The notes: generated by a model from the sequence alone, not told the origin. 64,000 nucleotides of DNA from Marine Group II euryarchaeote MED-G38 (GCA_002457145.1 NTJP01000009.1:3216-67215); one strand, 5' to 3'; shown: positions 42,619-52,985, numbered from the stretch's first letter. Numbers and translations are program-made.

Positions 42619-42684
42619 TGGTTCATATATGAAGTCTATCAAAACTGAATTGAATTTTTATCTTTCATTTAATCCAAAAATAAC

Positions 42685-43245
42685 ATGTACATAACATGTA
42701 GTCCAGTGAGTATGGATTGGGCCGACATACAATTCTGGTTTGGTTTTTTATTATTTTTTTCCGGTCTTTCTTTACATAGAATGGGGCCTGCTTTCAAGAG
42801 AAGTAATTTCGGTAAGCCTACATTATTAATGGCCTCTGTATTGATATTATTGCCATCAGATACGCTATCTTTAACCGAAGAAAATTTACTAATTGTTTTA
42901 AAGATTAACTTACCATGGCTCATTCTTTTTACATCTGGGACGTACCTTGTATTATATGGTTCACAAATTTACTGGAATAATATTTCTTCAATAAAAATTT
43001 TAGGATTAACATTGTTAACTGTATCTTGGGCATATTATTTTATATTCCTCGATTTATATACATTTACTGATTATTTAATTATATTATTTAATATTCTTGG
43101 AATGATTATTGGATTAATATTTATTATTTGGGTAATTAAATTAGTAGAATCAAGAACTCCGAAAGTAGCAGAATCTTTACCATTATCTGAAAAAGAAAAG
43201 AAATTTATTGTCAGTATATTGCAACGTAATTTGGAGGATAGTTAA
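42685..43245 (+). CDS. Hypothetical polytopic membrane protein
   Basis: 186 aa, about 5 hydrophobic segments, charged C-terminus. No recognisable motif. Confidence 0.5.
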   Translation: MYITCSPVSMDWADIQFWFGFLLFFSGLSLHRMGPAFKRSNFGKPTLLMASVLILLPSDTLSLTEENLLIVLKINLPWLILFTSGTYLVLYGSQIYWNNISSIKILGLTLLTVSWAYYFIFLDLYTFTDYLIILFNILGMIIGLIFIIWVIKLVESRTPKVAESLPLSEKEKKFIVSILQRNLEDS

Positions 43246-43247
43246 AC

Positions 43248-43595
43248 ATGCCATTAGGAATTCATGACATTCTAGACTCAACACTTCATGGTTTCATATT
43301 CATTTTATTATTATTTTCTATTCATTTAATTTGCTCCTATCATCCATATCATAGAATAATTCCATTACTAATGGTAAATACTTTATTTATTTCACTTTCA
43401 TTTATGTTTTATTTTTATATTTTGAACTCTGAATTAAATTTACTAAATCTATTAACGGAATCCGTGGCTCTTTCAATATATTCGATTTTACTTATTTCTC
43501 CATTTTTTTGCTTTTTGATAACATTTTCAATCATAAAATTATTTCTCAGAAAAAGACCCGAAGATGCACTCCTGAAACTATTGGATACAATTTAG
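43248..43595 (+). CDS. Hypothetical small membrane protein
   Basis: 115 aa, 3-4 hydrophobic segments. Starts 2 nt after the upstream gene. Confidence 0.45.
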   Translation: MPLGIHDILDSTLHGFIFILLLFSIHLICSYHPYHRIIPLLMVNTLFISLSFMFYFYILNSELNLLNLLTESVALSIYSILLISPFFCFLITFSIIKLFLRKRPEDALLKLLDTI

Positions 43596-43641
43596 AAGTC
43601 ACATTTAGATTTATTTCGGGGCAACTCTCATAACAAGTTGG

Positions 43642-43658
43642 TCGGTGGCCGCGTTGTC
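43642..43658 (+). promoter_or_regulatory. GC-rich leader motif TCGGTGGCCGCGTTGTC upstream of rpl37e
   Basis: 34 nt upstream of the L37e ATG and followed by an AAGGAG SD. Shares its core with the L44e leader motif. Confidence 0.3.
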
Positions 43659-43675
43659 TTCAAGGAGTGTTATGT

Positions 43676-43858
43676 ATGTCCAAAGGTACGCCGAGTATGG
43701 GAAAAAGGCAAAAGTCAACTCATATTAGATGTCGAAGATGTGGCCGTCATTCTTATCACAAACAGAAATCAGTTTGCGCATCTTGTGGATATGGTGCTAC
43801 AGCAAAGATGAGAAAATACCGCTGGAATAAACGTAATAGATCTATGTACCAACGCTAA
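43676..43858 (+). CDS. rpl37e: 50S ribosomal protein L37e
   Basis: '[40 protein letters not shown]' is canonical L37e. ATG 8 nt after AAGGAG. Confidence 0.9.
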   Translation: MSKGTPSMGKRQKSTHIRCRRCGRHSYHKQKSVCASCGYGATAKMRKYRWNKRNRSMYQR

Positions 43859-43918
43859 TTAGACTATTTCTTTAGAAATACCTAAAGTCCTTTGCAGCAG
43901 ACCATGGTTTGATATTCG

Positions 43919-45421
43919 ATGTGCGGGATCATCGGAATTGTCGGACATCCAACTTCTCATGTAGCCACATCGATATATGACGGTATGCTTGTTTTACAGC
44001 ATAGAGGACAAGATGCGGCTGGAATTGTCACTAGTGACTCACATAACATTACTCATAGGAGAGCAAACGGTCTCGTAAGGGATGTTTTCACTGAAAAACA
44101 TATGCAAAAATTAACTGGATCAATGGGAATAGGACATGTCCGATACCCTACTGCTGGCTCAAATTCTGCTGATGAAGCACAACCATTCTACACAAATACT
44201 CCTTTCGGAGTTAGTATTGCACACAATGGTAATCTTAATAATAATGAAGATATTATAAATGGATTACTTGAATATGATCATAGACGAGTAAACACAAGTT
44301 CAGATTCCGAGGCACTTCTAAATCTGTTTGCTGCAGAAATACAGCGTTCACTTAATGGCAGACCAGGAGGAATGGAGTCTTTGTCCGAAGATGATATTTT
44401 TAGAGCAATTGAAAGACTCCACCTTAGAGTAGAAGGAAGTTATAGTGTGACTGCGTTAATAACTGGATGGGGACTTATTGCTTTCCGTGATCCTAATGGA
44501 ATAAGGCCCCTATTTATGGGCAAGAATGAATTAAAAGATTTTACAGAAATCATCATTGCTTCAGAAAGTGTTGCTTGCAAAGCACTCGGTTTTACTCCGG
44601 ACAGAGACATTAAACCCGGCGAAGCAGTTATAGTTAAGTTAGATGGGAGTATATTTTCTAAAATATGTCATTCTGAAACTATACATACACCATGTATTTT
44701 TGAGCATGTTTATTTTGCAAGGCCTGATTCTGTAATAGATGGTATTTCTGTTCATGATGCAAGACTTAGGATGGGCGAGTTACTAGCAAAAAGAATATCT
44801 GAGCAAGTTCCTAATCATGGTATCGAAGCAGTTATTCCTGTACCGGATAGTGGTAGAATAGCCGCTCTAGATTTAGCAAAATACCTATCTGTACCCTATC
44901 GCGAGGGTTTTGTCAAAAATAGGTATATAGGTAGGACATTCTTAATGCCTGGCCAATCTATTAGAAAGGATTCAGTCAGAAAGAAATTGAATACTATTGA
45001 ACGCGAATTTAAGAACAAAGTTATCTTAATAGTTGATGATAGTATTGTTAGAGGAAATACTTCACGAAGAATAGTACAAATGGCTCGGGACGCGGGTGCA
45101 AAAAAAGTATACTTTGCCTCCTGCTCGCCTCCAATAATACATCCTAATGTTTACGGAATAGATATGCCAGCAAAAACTGAATATGTTGCATATAATAGAA
45201 ATAATGATGAAATATGTGAGACAATTGGTGCTGATTTATTATTCTATCAAAAATTAGATGATCTTGTTGAAGCATGCTTATCGGCAGGTAGCAACAATAT
45301 CGCTAATTTTGATTGTTCATGCTTTAATGGAGTTTATGTAACTGGAGGAATTACCGATGAATATCTCAGAAAGATAGAAAGTATCCGGAACGACAAAGCA
45401 AAAACTATAACATTAAGTTAA
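43919..45421 (+). CDS. purF: Amidophosphoribosyltransferase
   Basis: 500 aa. N-terminal 'MCGIIGI' Ntn-Cys, 'VLQHRGQDAAGI', PRPP motif 'VILIVDDSIVRGNTS'. Confidence 0.95.
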   Translation: MCGIIGIVGHPTSHVATSIYDGMLVLQHRGQDAAGIVTSDSHNITHRRANGLVRDVFTEKHMQKLTGSMGIGHVRYPTAGSNSADEAQPFYTNTPFGVSIAHNGNLNNNEDIINGLLEYDHRRVNTSSDSEALLNLFAAEIQRSLNGRPGGMESLSEDDIFRAIERLHLRVEGSYSVTALITGWGLIAFRDPNGIRPLFMGKNELKDFTEIIIASESVACKALGFTPDRDIKPGEAVIVKLDGSIFSKICHSETIHTPCIFEHVYFARPDSVIDGISVHDARLRMGELLAKRISEQVPNHGIEAVIPVPDSGRIAALDLAKYLSVPYREGFVKNRYIGRTFLMPGQSIRKDSVRKKLNTIEREFKNKVILIVDDSIVRGNTSRRIVQMARDAGAKKVYFASCSPPIIHPNVYGIDMPAKTEYVAYNRNNDEICETIGADLLFYQKLDDLVEACLSAGSNNIANFDCSCFNGVYVTGGITDEYLRKIESIRNDKAKTITLS

Positions 45422-45427
45422 TTTTAA

Positions 45428-46342
45428 TTATAGTTTCATTAATTCAGATTTTAGAATGGGCAAAGCATCTTCCCAAGATGCTACAATTCCATAATCAGCC
45501 ACGGTAAAGATAGGAGCATCGGGGTCTTTATTTATTGCAAGAATATATTTGCTCGATCTCATTCCTGCTAGATGCTGAATAGCTCCCGAAATTCCAACCG
45601 CGATATAAAGTGAAGGAGAAACTGTTTTTCCCGTTTGTCCTACTTGCATTCTATGTGGCATCCCCCATTCATCTACTACTGCTCTGCTAGCACCAACGGC
45701 CGCTCCTAGAGTATCTGCCATACTTTCCAGATGAGAAAAATTATCTATAGATCCCATGCCTCTGCCTCCTGATATGATAATTTCTGCTTCTGTGACATCT
45801 AAACGTTCACTTGCTTTACCAATTGCTTCAATAATGGAGATTTTAAGATCTGATGTTTGATCAACTATGCTGATTGGGGCTTCATTGCCCAATTCTGCAT
45901 TTTCAAATGCATTAGGCCTCAGAGTTATTACTGAATCTCCATTGATTAACAAAGTCTCTGTGGCTTTACCAGAATAAATTGGTCTCGTGACTTCAATTCC
46001 TGCTGAAATAGCAGTGACATCTTGTATTATCGGAATATCTCTCTTTGCAGCAATCATTGCTCCTATTTCTCTCCCATTTGGTGAGGCAGATATTACAATT
46101 GTACCTTCACAGACCGAATTAATAGCAGTAGACCAAGCACTCCCATCAAATAAATGAAAACAATCTCCGTTAACAGAAATTACTTTCTCAACTCCTTTTA
46201 TTTTCGATGCCTCAGAAGAACCTTTTCCATTAGGACATATCACTGTTGTCTCCGCTCCAATTTTTGATATTGCACCTATTAGTTGATACACCGTTGGATG
46301 AAGTAAATCTTCATTTGTTTCTGCTATTACTGTAAATTTCAT
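45428..46342 (-). CDS. etfA: Electron transfer flavoprotein alpha subunit
   Basis: 304 aa. 'GASRAVVDEWGMPHRMQVGQTGKTVSPSLYIAVGISGAIQHLAGM' FAD-binding signature. Confidence 0.9.
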   Translation of the reverse strand: MKFTVIAETNEDLLHPTVYQLIGAISKIGAETTVICPNGKGSSEASKIKGVEKVISVNGDCFHLFDGSAWSTAINSVCEGTIVISASPNGREIGAMIAAKRDIPIIQDVTAISAGIEVTRPIYSGKATETLLINGDSVITLRPNAFENAELGNEAPISIVDQTSDLKISIIEAIGKASERLDVTEAEIIISGGRGMGSIDNFSHLESMADTLGAAVGASRAVVDEWGMPHRMQVGQTGKTVSPSLYIAVGISGAIQHLAGMRSSKYILAINKDPDAPIFTVADYGIVASWEDALPILKSELMKL

Positions 46343-46351
46343 TTTTTCACC

Positions 46352-47110
46352 TCATATTACATTTGCTTCATTTCTTAATTTTGATACTATTTCCGGAATA
46401 TTTTCTACGCCTTCAAATATTTGTCCTGGTTCCTTCTCTGGAGGTGAATTCTGGGATTGTAATGTTATACGGTCGGAATTTTCTATTTCTAATCCTATCT
46501 CTTCGGGTTTAATTGTCTCAATTGTTTTCTTTTTAGCCATCATGATACCCCTTACATTAGGGCGTCTTAGTTCAGATATTCCTTTATCGAATGTGAATAC
46601 GCTAATTCCATTAGAAGATACTTTTTCAGCCCCTGAATTACTGGGCCTTGTTGAGATGAAATTATTTTCATTAATACTAACTTCAGAGACCATAGAGACG
46701 CAAACTGCATTAAGAATTTCGGCAACTCCAGGGCCCGTTGATCCAGAATTAGTATCTGCCGCTTGCTTTCCGCATAAGACCACTTCAGCACCACTCTTTT
46801 CAACTGTAGCTGCTAATAACTTTTGTACCTGAGTACTATCAAGTACCTTATCTTCAGAAATATGAATGAGTTTATCTGCACCAACAGCTGCAGCATCTGT
46901 AAGCATCTTTTTTGTCCTTTCAGGGCCACAAGTAATGGCAATTAAACTACCTCCAGTGACTTCCTTCAACTGTAATCCAGATTCTAATGCGTATTCATCA
47001 TAGGGGCTCATGGACCATTTACTAACATTATTTTCATCTACTTTACCATTCGAGATTGTAATTTTTGCAGTAGTATCTGGGACTTGTTTTAGCAGTACAG
47101 CAATATTCAT
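46352..47110 (-). CDS. etfB: Electron transfer flavoprotein beta subunit
   Basis: 'MNIAVLLKQVPD...MSPYDEYALESGLQLKE'. Start taken at the Met preceded by GAGGG; the track start at 47128 is possible. Confidence 0.9.
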   Translation of the reverse strand: MNIAVLLKQVPDTTAKITISNGKVDENNVSKWSMSPYDEYALESGLQLKEVTGGSLIAITCGPERTKKMLTDAAAVGADKLIHISEDKVLDSTQVQKLLAATVEKSGAEVVLCGKQAADTNSGSTGPGVAEILNAVCVSMVSEVSINENNFISTRPSNSGAEKVSSNGISVFTFDKGISELRRPNVRGIMMAKKKTIETIKPEEIGLEIENSDRITLQSQNSPPEKEPGQIFEGVENIPEIVSKLRNEANVI

Positions 47111-47168
47111 ATTTTTCCCTCTAGACATTCTATTTTTTAAATCTTCTAATTTTAAATTTCCAAATGCA

Positions 47169-48341
47169 TTAAATTTCTCTTGTAAATGATTGTATTCCAG
47201 TTATGTGTCTGCCTAGAATGAGATTGTGAATGTCGTGAGTCCCTTCATAAGTTTTTACTGATTCTAAATTAGCCATATGCCTCATCACTGGATACTCATC
47301 TAAAATTCCATTTGCTCCATGAATATCTCTTGCAACCCTTGCAATTTCTAAAGCTACATCGACATTATTCATTTTAGCTAAAGAGATATGCTCAGGTATC
47401 CATTCTCCTACATCTTTCATTTTACCAAGATGATAAGCCAATAATTGTGCCTTTGTTATTTCTCTCAACATCCAAGCCAATTTATTTTGAACAAGTTGAT
47501 ATGATGCTATGGGGTGATCAAATTGAATTCTACTCATTGCATAATCTTTTGCAGAGTGAAAACATGATTGAGCAGCTCCAACTGCTCCCCACGAGATTCC
47601 AAATCTAGCATTATTTAGACATGAAAATGGACCTCTAAGGCCTTTTACTCCTGGTAAAATACGATCTTTGGGAATTTTACAATCTTGGAAAACCAACTCA
47701 CTAGTTACACTTGCTTTAAGAGAATGTTTTCCTTTCATTTCTGGAGCGGAAAAACCTGGATCATTCTTTTCTACGATAAATCCTCTGATGACTCCATTTA
47801 ATTTTGCCCAAACTACTGCTAAATCTGCTATCGTACCATTAGTAATCCACATTTTTGCACCATTTAGAAGGTAATGATCATCCATTTCTTCGGCCCTAGT
47901 AATCATATCTCCGGGATTCGACCCATAATCTGGTTCTGTAAGTCCAAAACACCCAATCCATTCTCCGCTAGTCATTTTTGGTAGATAATGATTTTTTTGT
48001 TCCTCACTACCGAAATCCCATATCGGATACATAGCCAATGATCCTTGTACACTTGCAAATGATCGTAAACCACTATCTCCTCTCTCGAGCTCTCTACAAA
48101 TTACTCCATATGCAGTATAAGAGAGACCTGGACAATCATATCCTTTCAATGGTGCACCTAAAACTCCCATTTCACCTAGTGCAGCTCGCCATTCATCAGG
48201 AAAAACTCCTTCTCGACATGCATTTTCAATATTTGGTATAACTTCTTTATCTACCCAATCACGAACCATATCGCGAACCATTCTTTCTTCATCACTTAAT
48301 AATGAATCAACTTCATAGAAATCTAATGCCTCATAACCCAT
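47169..48341 (-). CDS. gcdH: Glutaryl-CoA dehydrogenase-like acyl-CoA dehydrogenase
   Basis: 'ELERGDSGLRSFASVQGSLAMYPI', 'GCFGLTEPDYGSNPGDM', 'YEGTHDIHNLILGR'. Start trimmed to the 'MGYEALDF' Met at 48341. Confidence 0.8.
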   Translation of the reverse strand: MGYEALDFYEVDSLLSDEERMVRDMVRDWVDKEVIPNIENACREGVFPDEWRAALGEMGVLGAPLKGYDCPGLSYTAYGVICRELERGDSGLRSFASVQGSLAMYPIWDFGSEEQKNHYLPKMTSGEWIGCFGLTEPDYGSNPGDMITRAEEMDDHYLLNGAKMWITNGTIADLAVVWAKLNGVIRGFIVEKNDPGFSAPEMKGKHSLKASVTSELVFQDCKIPKDRILPGVKGLRGPFSCLNNARFGISWGAVGAAQSCFHSAKDYAMSRIQFDHPIASYQLVQNKLAWMLREITKAQLLAYHLGKMKDVGEWIPEHISLAKMNNVDVALEIARVARDIHGANGILDEYPVMRHMANLESVKTYEGTHDIHNLILGRHITGIQSFTREI

Positions 48342-48519
48342 GTTTCTCAAAACGACCTGAACGCATAATACAAATGAAAGTATCCTTACGAGAGGTACAG
48401 ATTTATGACACAACAAATTCTAAAAATTATTCATTAATAATATTTTTTGTGCCTTTTTTACTCTAGTTTATTAATTATCATCCGGCAGTATTGAATAGCA
48501 AATTACTCCCCGGTATATT

Positions 48520-49035
48520 ATGGAGAGATTCGACGTTAAGCGTGGATTAGTAAAGGAGATTACAGAAGAAGGTGGATTAGCAAAGGTTGCAAAGAAGTAT
48601 TTCGATACTGTAAATGATAATGGGAAGAATTCATTCTCAGGCTCTCATGACATCATGGTATCTATAGACGCACATTACAATGAATCCGGCGCATTAGTTG
48701 TCGATGTGAAAAATGTACCTCCTAATTTTGATAACAACGAAGCGATGAAAACTGCCCAAGATAGCCGTAAGAGATGGACTCAATTTTTAGACGAAGTTAC
48801 CGGTTACAATTCTAAGCAAAGGGGCGATAAAGCAAAAGAATGGGCTAAAAAATCGAGCAAAGCTAAATCTGCTATTTCTCAAGCACAACATTTCATGAAA
48901 GTATCCTCAAAAGTTTCTGATGATGTAAAAGAAAAAGCTGATTCTTTGATAATTGAGATAAATACATGTTTAGAAAATAATGACTTTACCAGGGCCGCCA
49001 GCCGTGGCGAAAAACTGAATAAATTGTTCCAATAA
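48520..49035 (+). CDS. Conserved hypothetical protein (Lys-rich C-terminal helical region)
   Basis: 171 aa, soluble. 12 nt upstream of tyrS, so probably co-transcribed. No motif recognised. Confidence 0.5.
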   Translation: MERFDVKRGLVKEITEEGGLAKVAKKYFDTVNDNGKNSFSGSHDIMVSIDAHYNESGALVVDVKNVPPNFDNNEAMKTAQDSRKRWTQFLDEVTGYNSKQRGDKAKEWAKKSSKAKSAISQAQHFMKVSSKVSDDVKEKADSLIIEINTCLENNDFTRAASRGEKLNKLFQ

Positions 49036-49047
49036 GGGAGTTAAATA

Positions 49048-50163
49048 ATGAATCATGACTCTGTTGAATCATTAGATTCAGAATCAAAACAAAAACTTGA
49101 TCGAATGTTTTCTAGTTGTGAAGAAGTAGTCGGTATCGAACACGTCAGTAACATCTTATCTGGCTCATCTACACATTCAGGAAGTGATAATATTAATGCA
49201 TATATAGGATTAGAGCCTAGTGGAAAGGCACATTTGGGATGGTTAGTTTTAGCTGAAACTATGAAGAATTTATTGAATGAAGGAGTCAATGTCACAGTTT
49301 TATTAGCTGATTGGCATGCATGGGTAAATGATAAATTTGAAAGAGACATGGAAAAAATATCTCTCGCTGCAGACTATATGTCAGAAGTTTTCAGAGTTTT
49401 ATTAGATCATCCAAAAGAAGGTAAAGGATCCGGACAGATACAATTTATTCGTGCATCAGTAGTTATGGATAATGGTAAATATTGGGAACGTGTTCTAAGA
49501 TGTTCAAAGAACATGAGCCTTTCAAGAGTTAGGAGGACCTTTGGGATAATGGGTAGAGATGAAGACTCATCAGAACACGATTTATCTGCTTTTTTTTATC
49601 CTGCCCTCCAATCCGCAGATGTATTTGAATTAGAAATCGACATTGCTCTTGGAGGGATGGACCAAAGAAAAGCACACATGTACATGCGCGAGGTTGCGGA
49701 TAGGAATAATTGGGTAAAAGCAACCTGTATACACACCCCTATGCTCTCGGGCCTAAAGGGAGCCAGTGGACGTATGGACTCATTCGATCACAAAATGTCT
49801 AAATCAGATCCTAATAATGCTATCTTAATCCATGATGATTCTAAAAAATTACAAAAGAAGCTGCGGAAAGCATTCCTAGAAATAGGTAATCCTTCATCAG
49901 CAATCTTTGAAATCGCTGAATTCATAATTCTACCAAGATTAGGAGAAATCATCGTATCTCCCAAACCCGAATTTGGCAAACCTTCAACTTGGGATGATAT
50001 AGAATCATTTACAGAAGCGGTTTCTAATGGAACAATACACCCATTCGACGCCAAAATGGCTATTGCATCAGGACTGTCAAAAATTCTTTCCCCAATTCAT
50101 GACTATTTCAGATTAAATCCAACTTTGATAGAAAGTATAAATGAAATAACTGGTGAAACATAA
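49048..50163 (+). CDS. tyrS: Tyrosyl-tRNA synthetase (archaeal type)
   Basis: 371 aa. 'YIGLEPSGKAHLGW', 'LLADWHAWVNDK', 'GGMDQRKAHMYMRE', 'KMSKS'. AAGGGAG SD upstream. TrpRS cannot be fully excluded without a search. Confidence 0.75.
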   Translation: MNHDSVESLDSESKQKLDRMFSSCEEVVGIEHVSNILSGSSTHSGSDNINAYIGLEPSGKAHLGWLVLAETMKNLLNEGVNVTVLLADWHAWVNDKFERDMEKISLAADYMSEVFRVLLDHPKEGKGSGQIQFIRASVVMDNGKYWERVLRCSKNMSLSRVRRTFGIMGRDEDSSEHDLSAFFYPALQSADVFELEIDIALGGMDQRKAHMYMREVADRNNWVKATCIHTPMLSGLKGASGRMDSFDHKMSKSDPNNAILIHDDSKKLQKKLRKAFLEIGNPSSAIFEIAEFIILPRLGEIIVSPKPEFGKPSTWDDIESFTEAVSNGTIHPFDAKMAIASGLSKILSPIHDYFRLNPTLIESINEITGET

Positions 50164-50239
50164 TTTTATTAAAATTAACTATCTAAGCAAAATAATAAAC
50201 AGAGATGTCATAACCTATTGGGTAACGGAATAATCAAAG

Positions 50240-51799
50240 GTGAGTATTGTGGCTGATGTAGGAATTGATGATATTGCTATTTATTTCCCAAAAACTTATT
50301 TTGATATGAAAGACTTTGCAGAATTTCGAGGAGCGGATTTCGCTAAATTAAACAAAGGGCTGGGATTAGCAGCAATGGCTATCCCAGACGCTCATGAAGA
50401 TACTGCCACTATGGGGGCAAATGCATGCGCTCGCCTTATTGATAGAAATAATATCGATCCAAGAAAAATTGGAAGAATATACTTGGGTACTGAATCTGCT
50501 CTAGATGGAGCAAAACCTACTGCGACTTACATTATGGATATGTTAGAGCAGCGTTACTGCAATGATTATGGTAACAATTGTTTCCGTAACTGTGATGTTG
50601 TAGATATGACTTTTGCATGCATCGGTGCAGTAGATGCAATGCACAACACATTAGATTGGACGGCTAGAGGAGGAGAAGTTGAAGATAGAATTGGCATTGT
50701 TGTTTTCTCCGATAATGCAAAATATGATTTGGGCTCCTCAGGAGAATATACTCAGGGCGCTGGTGGTGGCGCAATAATGATCCGTCATAATCCCAGGTTA
50801 CTGCAAATACCTGATATATGGGGAGTATCAACTATGCCAGTTCACGATTTTTTCAAACCACGTCGTGAAGTTGAAATGAAAACTGTTGTCACAAATGTAC
50901 TGGATTTAGCAGAAGAAGCTGGAGAGCCAAAAAAGGAAGGATTAGTTGAGAGAATCTTAGCAATACTGCCTAGATCTTCAAAAAAAGATGACATTATGTT
51001 TGAATCTCACACTCTAAAAATACACAAGGACACGCCGGTTTTCGATGGACAATTTTCTAACCGTTGTTATTCAGAATCAGTAAAAAATGCGTTTATAGAC
51101 TTCCGTTCAAAAGCAATAAATAGTGGTCGTTATACTCCGGAAGAAGATGAGATATTGACTGAACAATGGAGCCGAATAATTGTTCATCTTCCTTACGCTT
51201 TTCAAGGTAAAAGGATGTTTCCTGATGTCTTCCGCCACGATAGGAGAAACCTGCCTATGTGGAAAAAAATAGTTAATGAGATTGGTATCGAACCATTCCC
51301 GGAAGATTTCTCAGATTCACCCGAAGGTATTGAAGAATTCGAAAAGGCTAATGATTCATACCGACGGTTAATATCAAAAACTGAAGAATTTAGAACTTTT
51401 TCTGAGATTAGGATAGAAAAGACACAAAGAGCATCAAGCCTAGTTGGTAATCAATACACTGGATCCATTTTCTTAGCCTTGATGTCAACAATGGAATCAG
51501 ATTATACCGATGGCGTTGAAATGGTGGGCAAACATGTCGGTTTATGCGGTTACGGAAGTGGTGCGAAAGCGAAAATCTTCGAAGGAGTGATACAACCAGG
51601 ATGGAAAGAGGTTGCAAGCCAATTTGATTTGTTTGAGAGACTTAATAATCGAACTCCATTGGACAAAGATGTCTACGAAAAGTTACACCGTGGTTCTCAG
51701 AAAGAATCAGTAGTAAAACCACAATCAGAATTTGCATTAGTAGCTGTAGGTGGAGAAGGAGCATTAGAAGGTCAAAGGAAATATGCTTGGATACCTTAA
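50240..51799 (+). CDS. Hydroxymethylglutaryl-CoA synthase (long form)
   Basis: 519 aa. 'GIDDIAIYFP', 'GTESALDGAKP', 'MTFACIGAVDA' (catalytic Cys), 'YTQGAGGGAIMI'. The start may be the GTG at 50249, which sits 5 nt after AGGTGA. Confidence 0.85.
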   Translation: MSIVADVGIDDIAIYFPKTYFDMKDFAEFRGADFAKLNKGLGLAAMAIPDAHEDTATMGANACARLIDRNNIDPRKIGRIYLGTESALDGAKPTATYIMDMLEQRYCNDYGNNCFRNCDVVDMTFACIGAVDAMHNTLDWTARGGEVEDRIGIVVFSDNAKYDLGSSGEYTQGAGGGAIMIRHNPRLLQIPDIWGVSTMPVHDFFKPRREVEMKTVVTNVLDLAEEAGEPKKEGLVERILAILPRSSKKDDIMFESHTLKIHKDTPVFDGQFSNRCYSESVKNAFIDFRSKAINSGRYTPEEDEILTEQWSRIIVHLPYAFQGKRMFPDVFRHDRRNLPMWKKIVNEIGIEPFPEDFSDSPEGIEEFEKANDSYRRLISKTEEFRTFSEIRIEKTQRASSLVGNQYTGSIFLALMSTMESDYTDGVEMVGKHVGLCGYGSGAKAKIFEGVIQPGWKEVASQFDLFERLNNRTPLDKDVYEKLHRGSQKESVVKPQSEFALVAVGGEGALEGQRKYAWIP

Positions 51800-51812
51800 A
51801 ATTAATGAATAA

Positions 51813-52985
51813 TTAAGGTTTAATGGCTCTATTAATGACTATACGCTGTACTTCTTGGGTACCCTCATAAATCTGAGTAATCTTTGCATCTCTGAAAAAT
51901 CTTTCAACGGGGAAGTCAGTTGTATAACCGTATCCTCCAAGGACCTGTACAGCACGTTCGGAAACCCACATTGCAGTATCTCCGGCAAATAATTTCGCCA
52001 TACTTGCTTCTTTTGTATGCCTCTCTGTACCTTCTTCATAATGTCGTTGTTTCGCCCAAGACGCCTTGTAGACCATCATCCTAGCAGCTTCAGTTTGAGT
52101 TGCCATATCTGCTAAGTAGTTTCCAATACTTTGATGATATGCTATAGGTTTACCAAAAGATTGTCTCTCATGTGCATACTCAAGTGCAGATTCATATGCT
52201 CCTTGGGCTATCCCCAATGCTTGTGCAGCAATTCCAATACGCGAATTATCAAGAGCATTCATTGCTATTGGAAAACCTTCACCTACGCCTTTTAGAATAT
52301 TTTCAACTGGAACTTTACAATTTTCTAAGAGCAATACACACGTATCGGATGATCTTATTCCTAATTTTTCTTCCTTTTTACCAACGCTAAAACCTTCCAT
52401 GCTTGAATCTACAATGAATGCAGTAGTTCCACCATGTTTTTTTACTCCGAATTCAGGATGTTCGACATCTTTTGCAAATAAAACATATATATCTGCACTT
52501 TTACCATTGGTCACCCACATTTTTTCTCCATTTAGGATATAGTGTGTACCATCTTCGTTAATCTTAGCACGACATCCCATTGCAGCTGCATCTGTTCCGG
52601 CACCAGCTTCTGATAATGAATAAGCGCCTATTTCTCCTTTTGCCAATCTTGTCAAATACTGGTTTTTTTGATATTCATTGCCGTGAAGTGATATTGTCTT
52701 TGCACAAAGTCCTACATGGACACAAAACATTACTGAAAAAGAAGGATCAACTCGTGCAAGTTCTTCAACTATTATTGCTTCACTAATGTCATCAACAGGA
52801 TTTCCTCCAAATTTTTCAGATATTGTTATTCCTTGTAAACCTGTTTCGCAAAATAACTTCCATTCTTCTAGAGGAGGACTTGCAGCCCTATCTCTTTCCA
52901 AGCAGGTTGGTGCCAAAACCTTCTCTGCAAAACTTCTAACCATTTCTCGAATCATACTTTGTTCTTCCGTTTCTTTGAAGTCCAT
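51813..52985 (-). CDS. Acyl-CoA dehydrogenase (short/branched-chain type)
   Basis: 390 aa. 'GAYSLSEAGAGTDAAAM', 'GGYGYTTDFPVERFFRDAKITQIYEGTQEVQ'. Confidence 0.9.
   Translation of the reverse strand: MDFKETEEQSMIREMVRSFAEKVLAPTCLERDRAASPPLEEWKLFCETGLQGITISEKFGGNPVDDISEAIIVEELARVDPSFSVMFCVHVGLCAKTISLHGNEYQKNQYLTRLAKGEIGAYSLSEAGAGTDAAAMGCRAKINEDGTHYILNGEKMWVTNGKSADIYVLFAKDVEHPEFGVKKHGGTTAFIVDSSMEGFSVGKKEEKLGIRSSDTCVLLLENCKVPVENILKGVGEGFPIAMNALDNSRIGIAAQALGIAQGAYESALEYAHERQSFGKPIAYHQSIGNYLADMATQTEAARMMVYKASWAKQRHYEEGTERHTKEASMAKLFAGDTAMWVSERAVQVLGGYGYTTDFPVERFFRDAKITQIYEGTQEVQRIVINRAIKP

Noticed and set aside
42669-42923. 84-aa minus-strand ORF overlapping the start of the 186-aa membrane protein gene
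   Set aside because: It overlaps the longer, hydrophobic plus-strand ORF and has no SD or motif. It would also sit in the rpl44e promoter region. Considered spurious.
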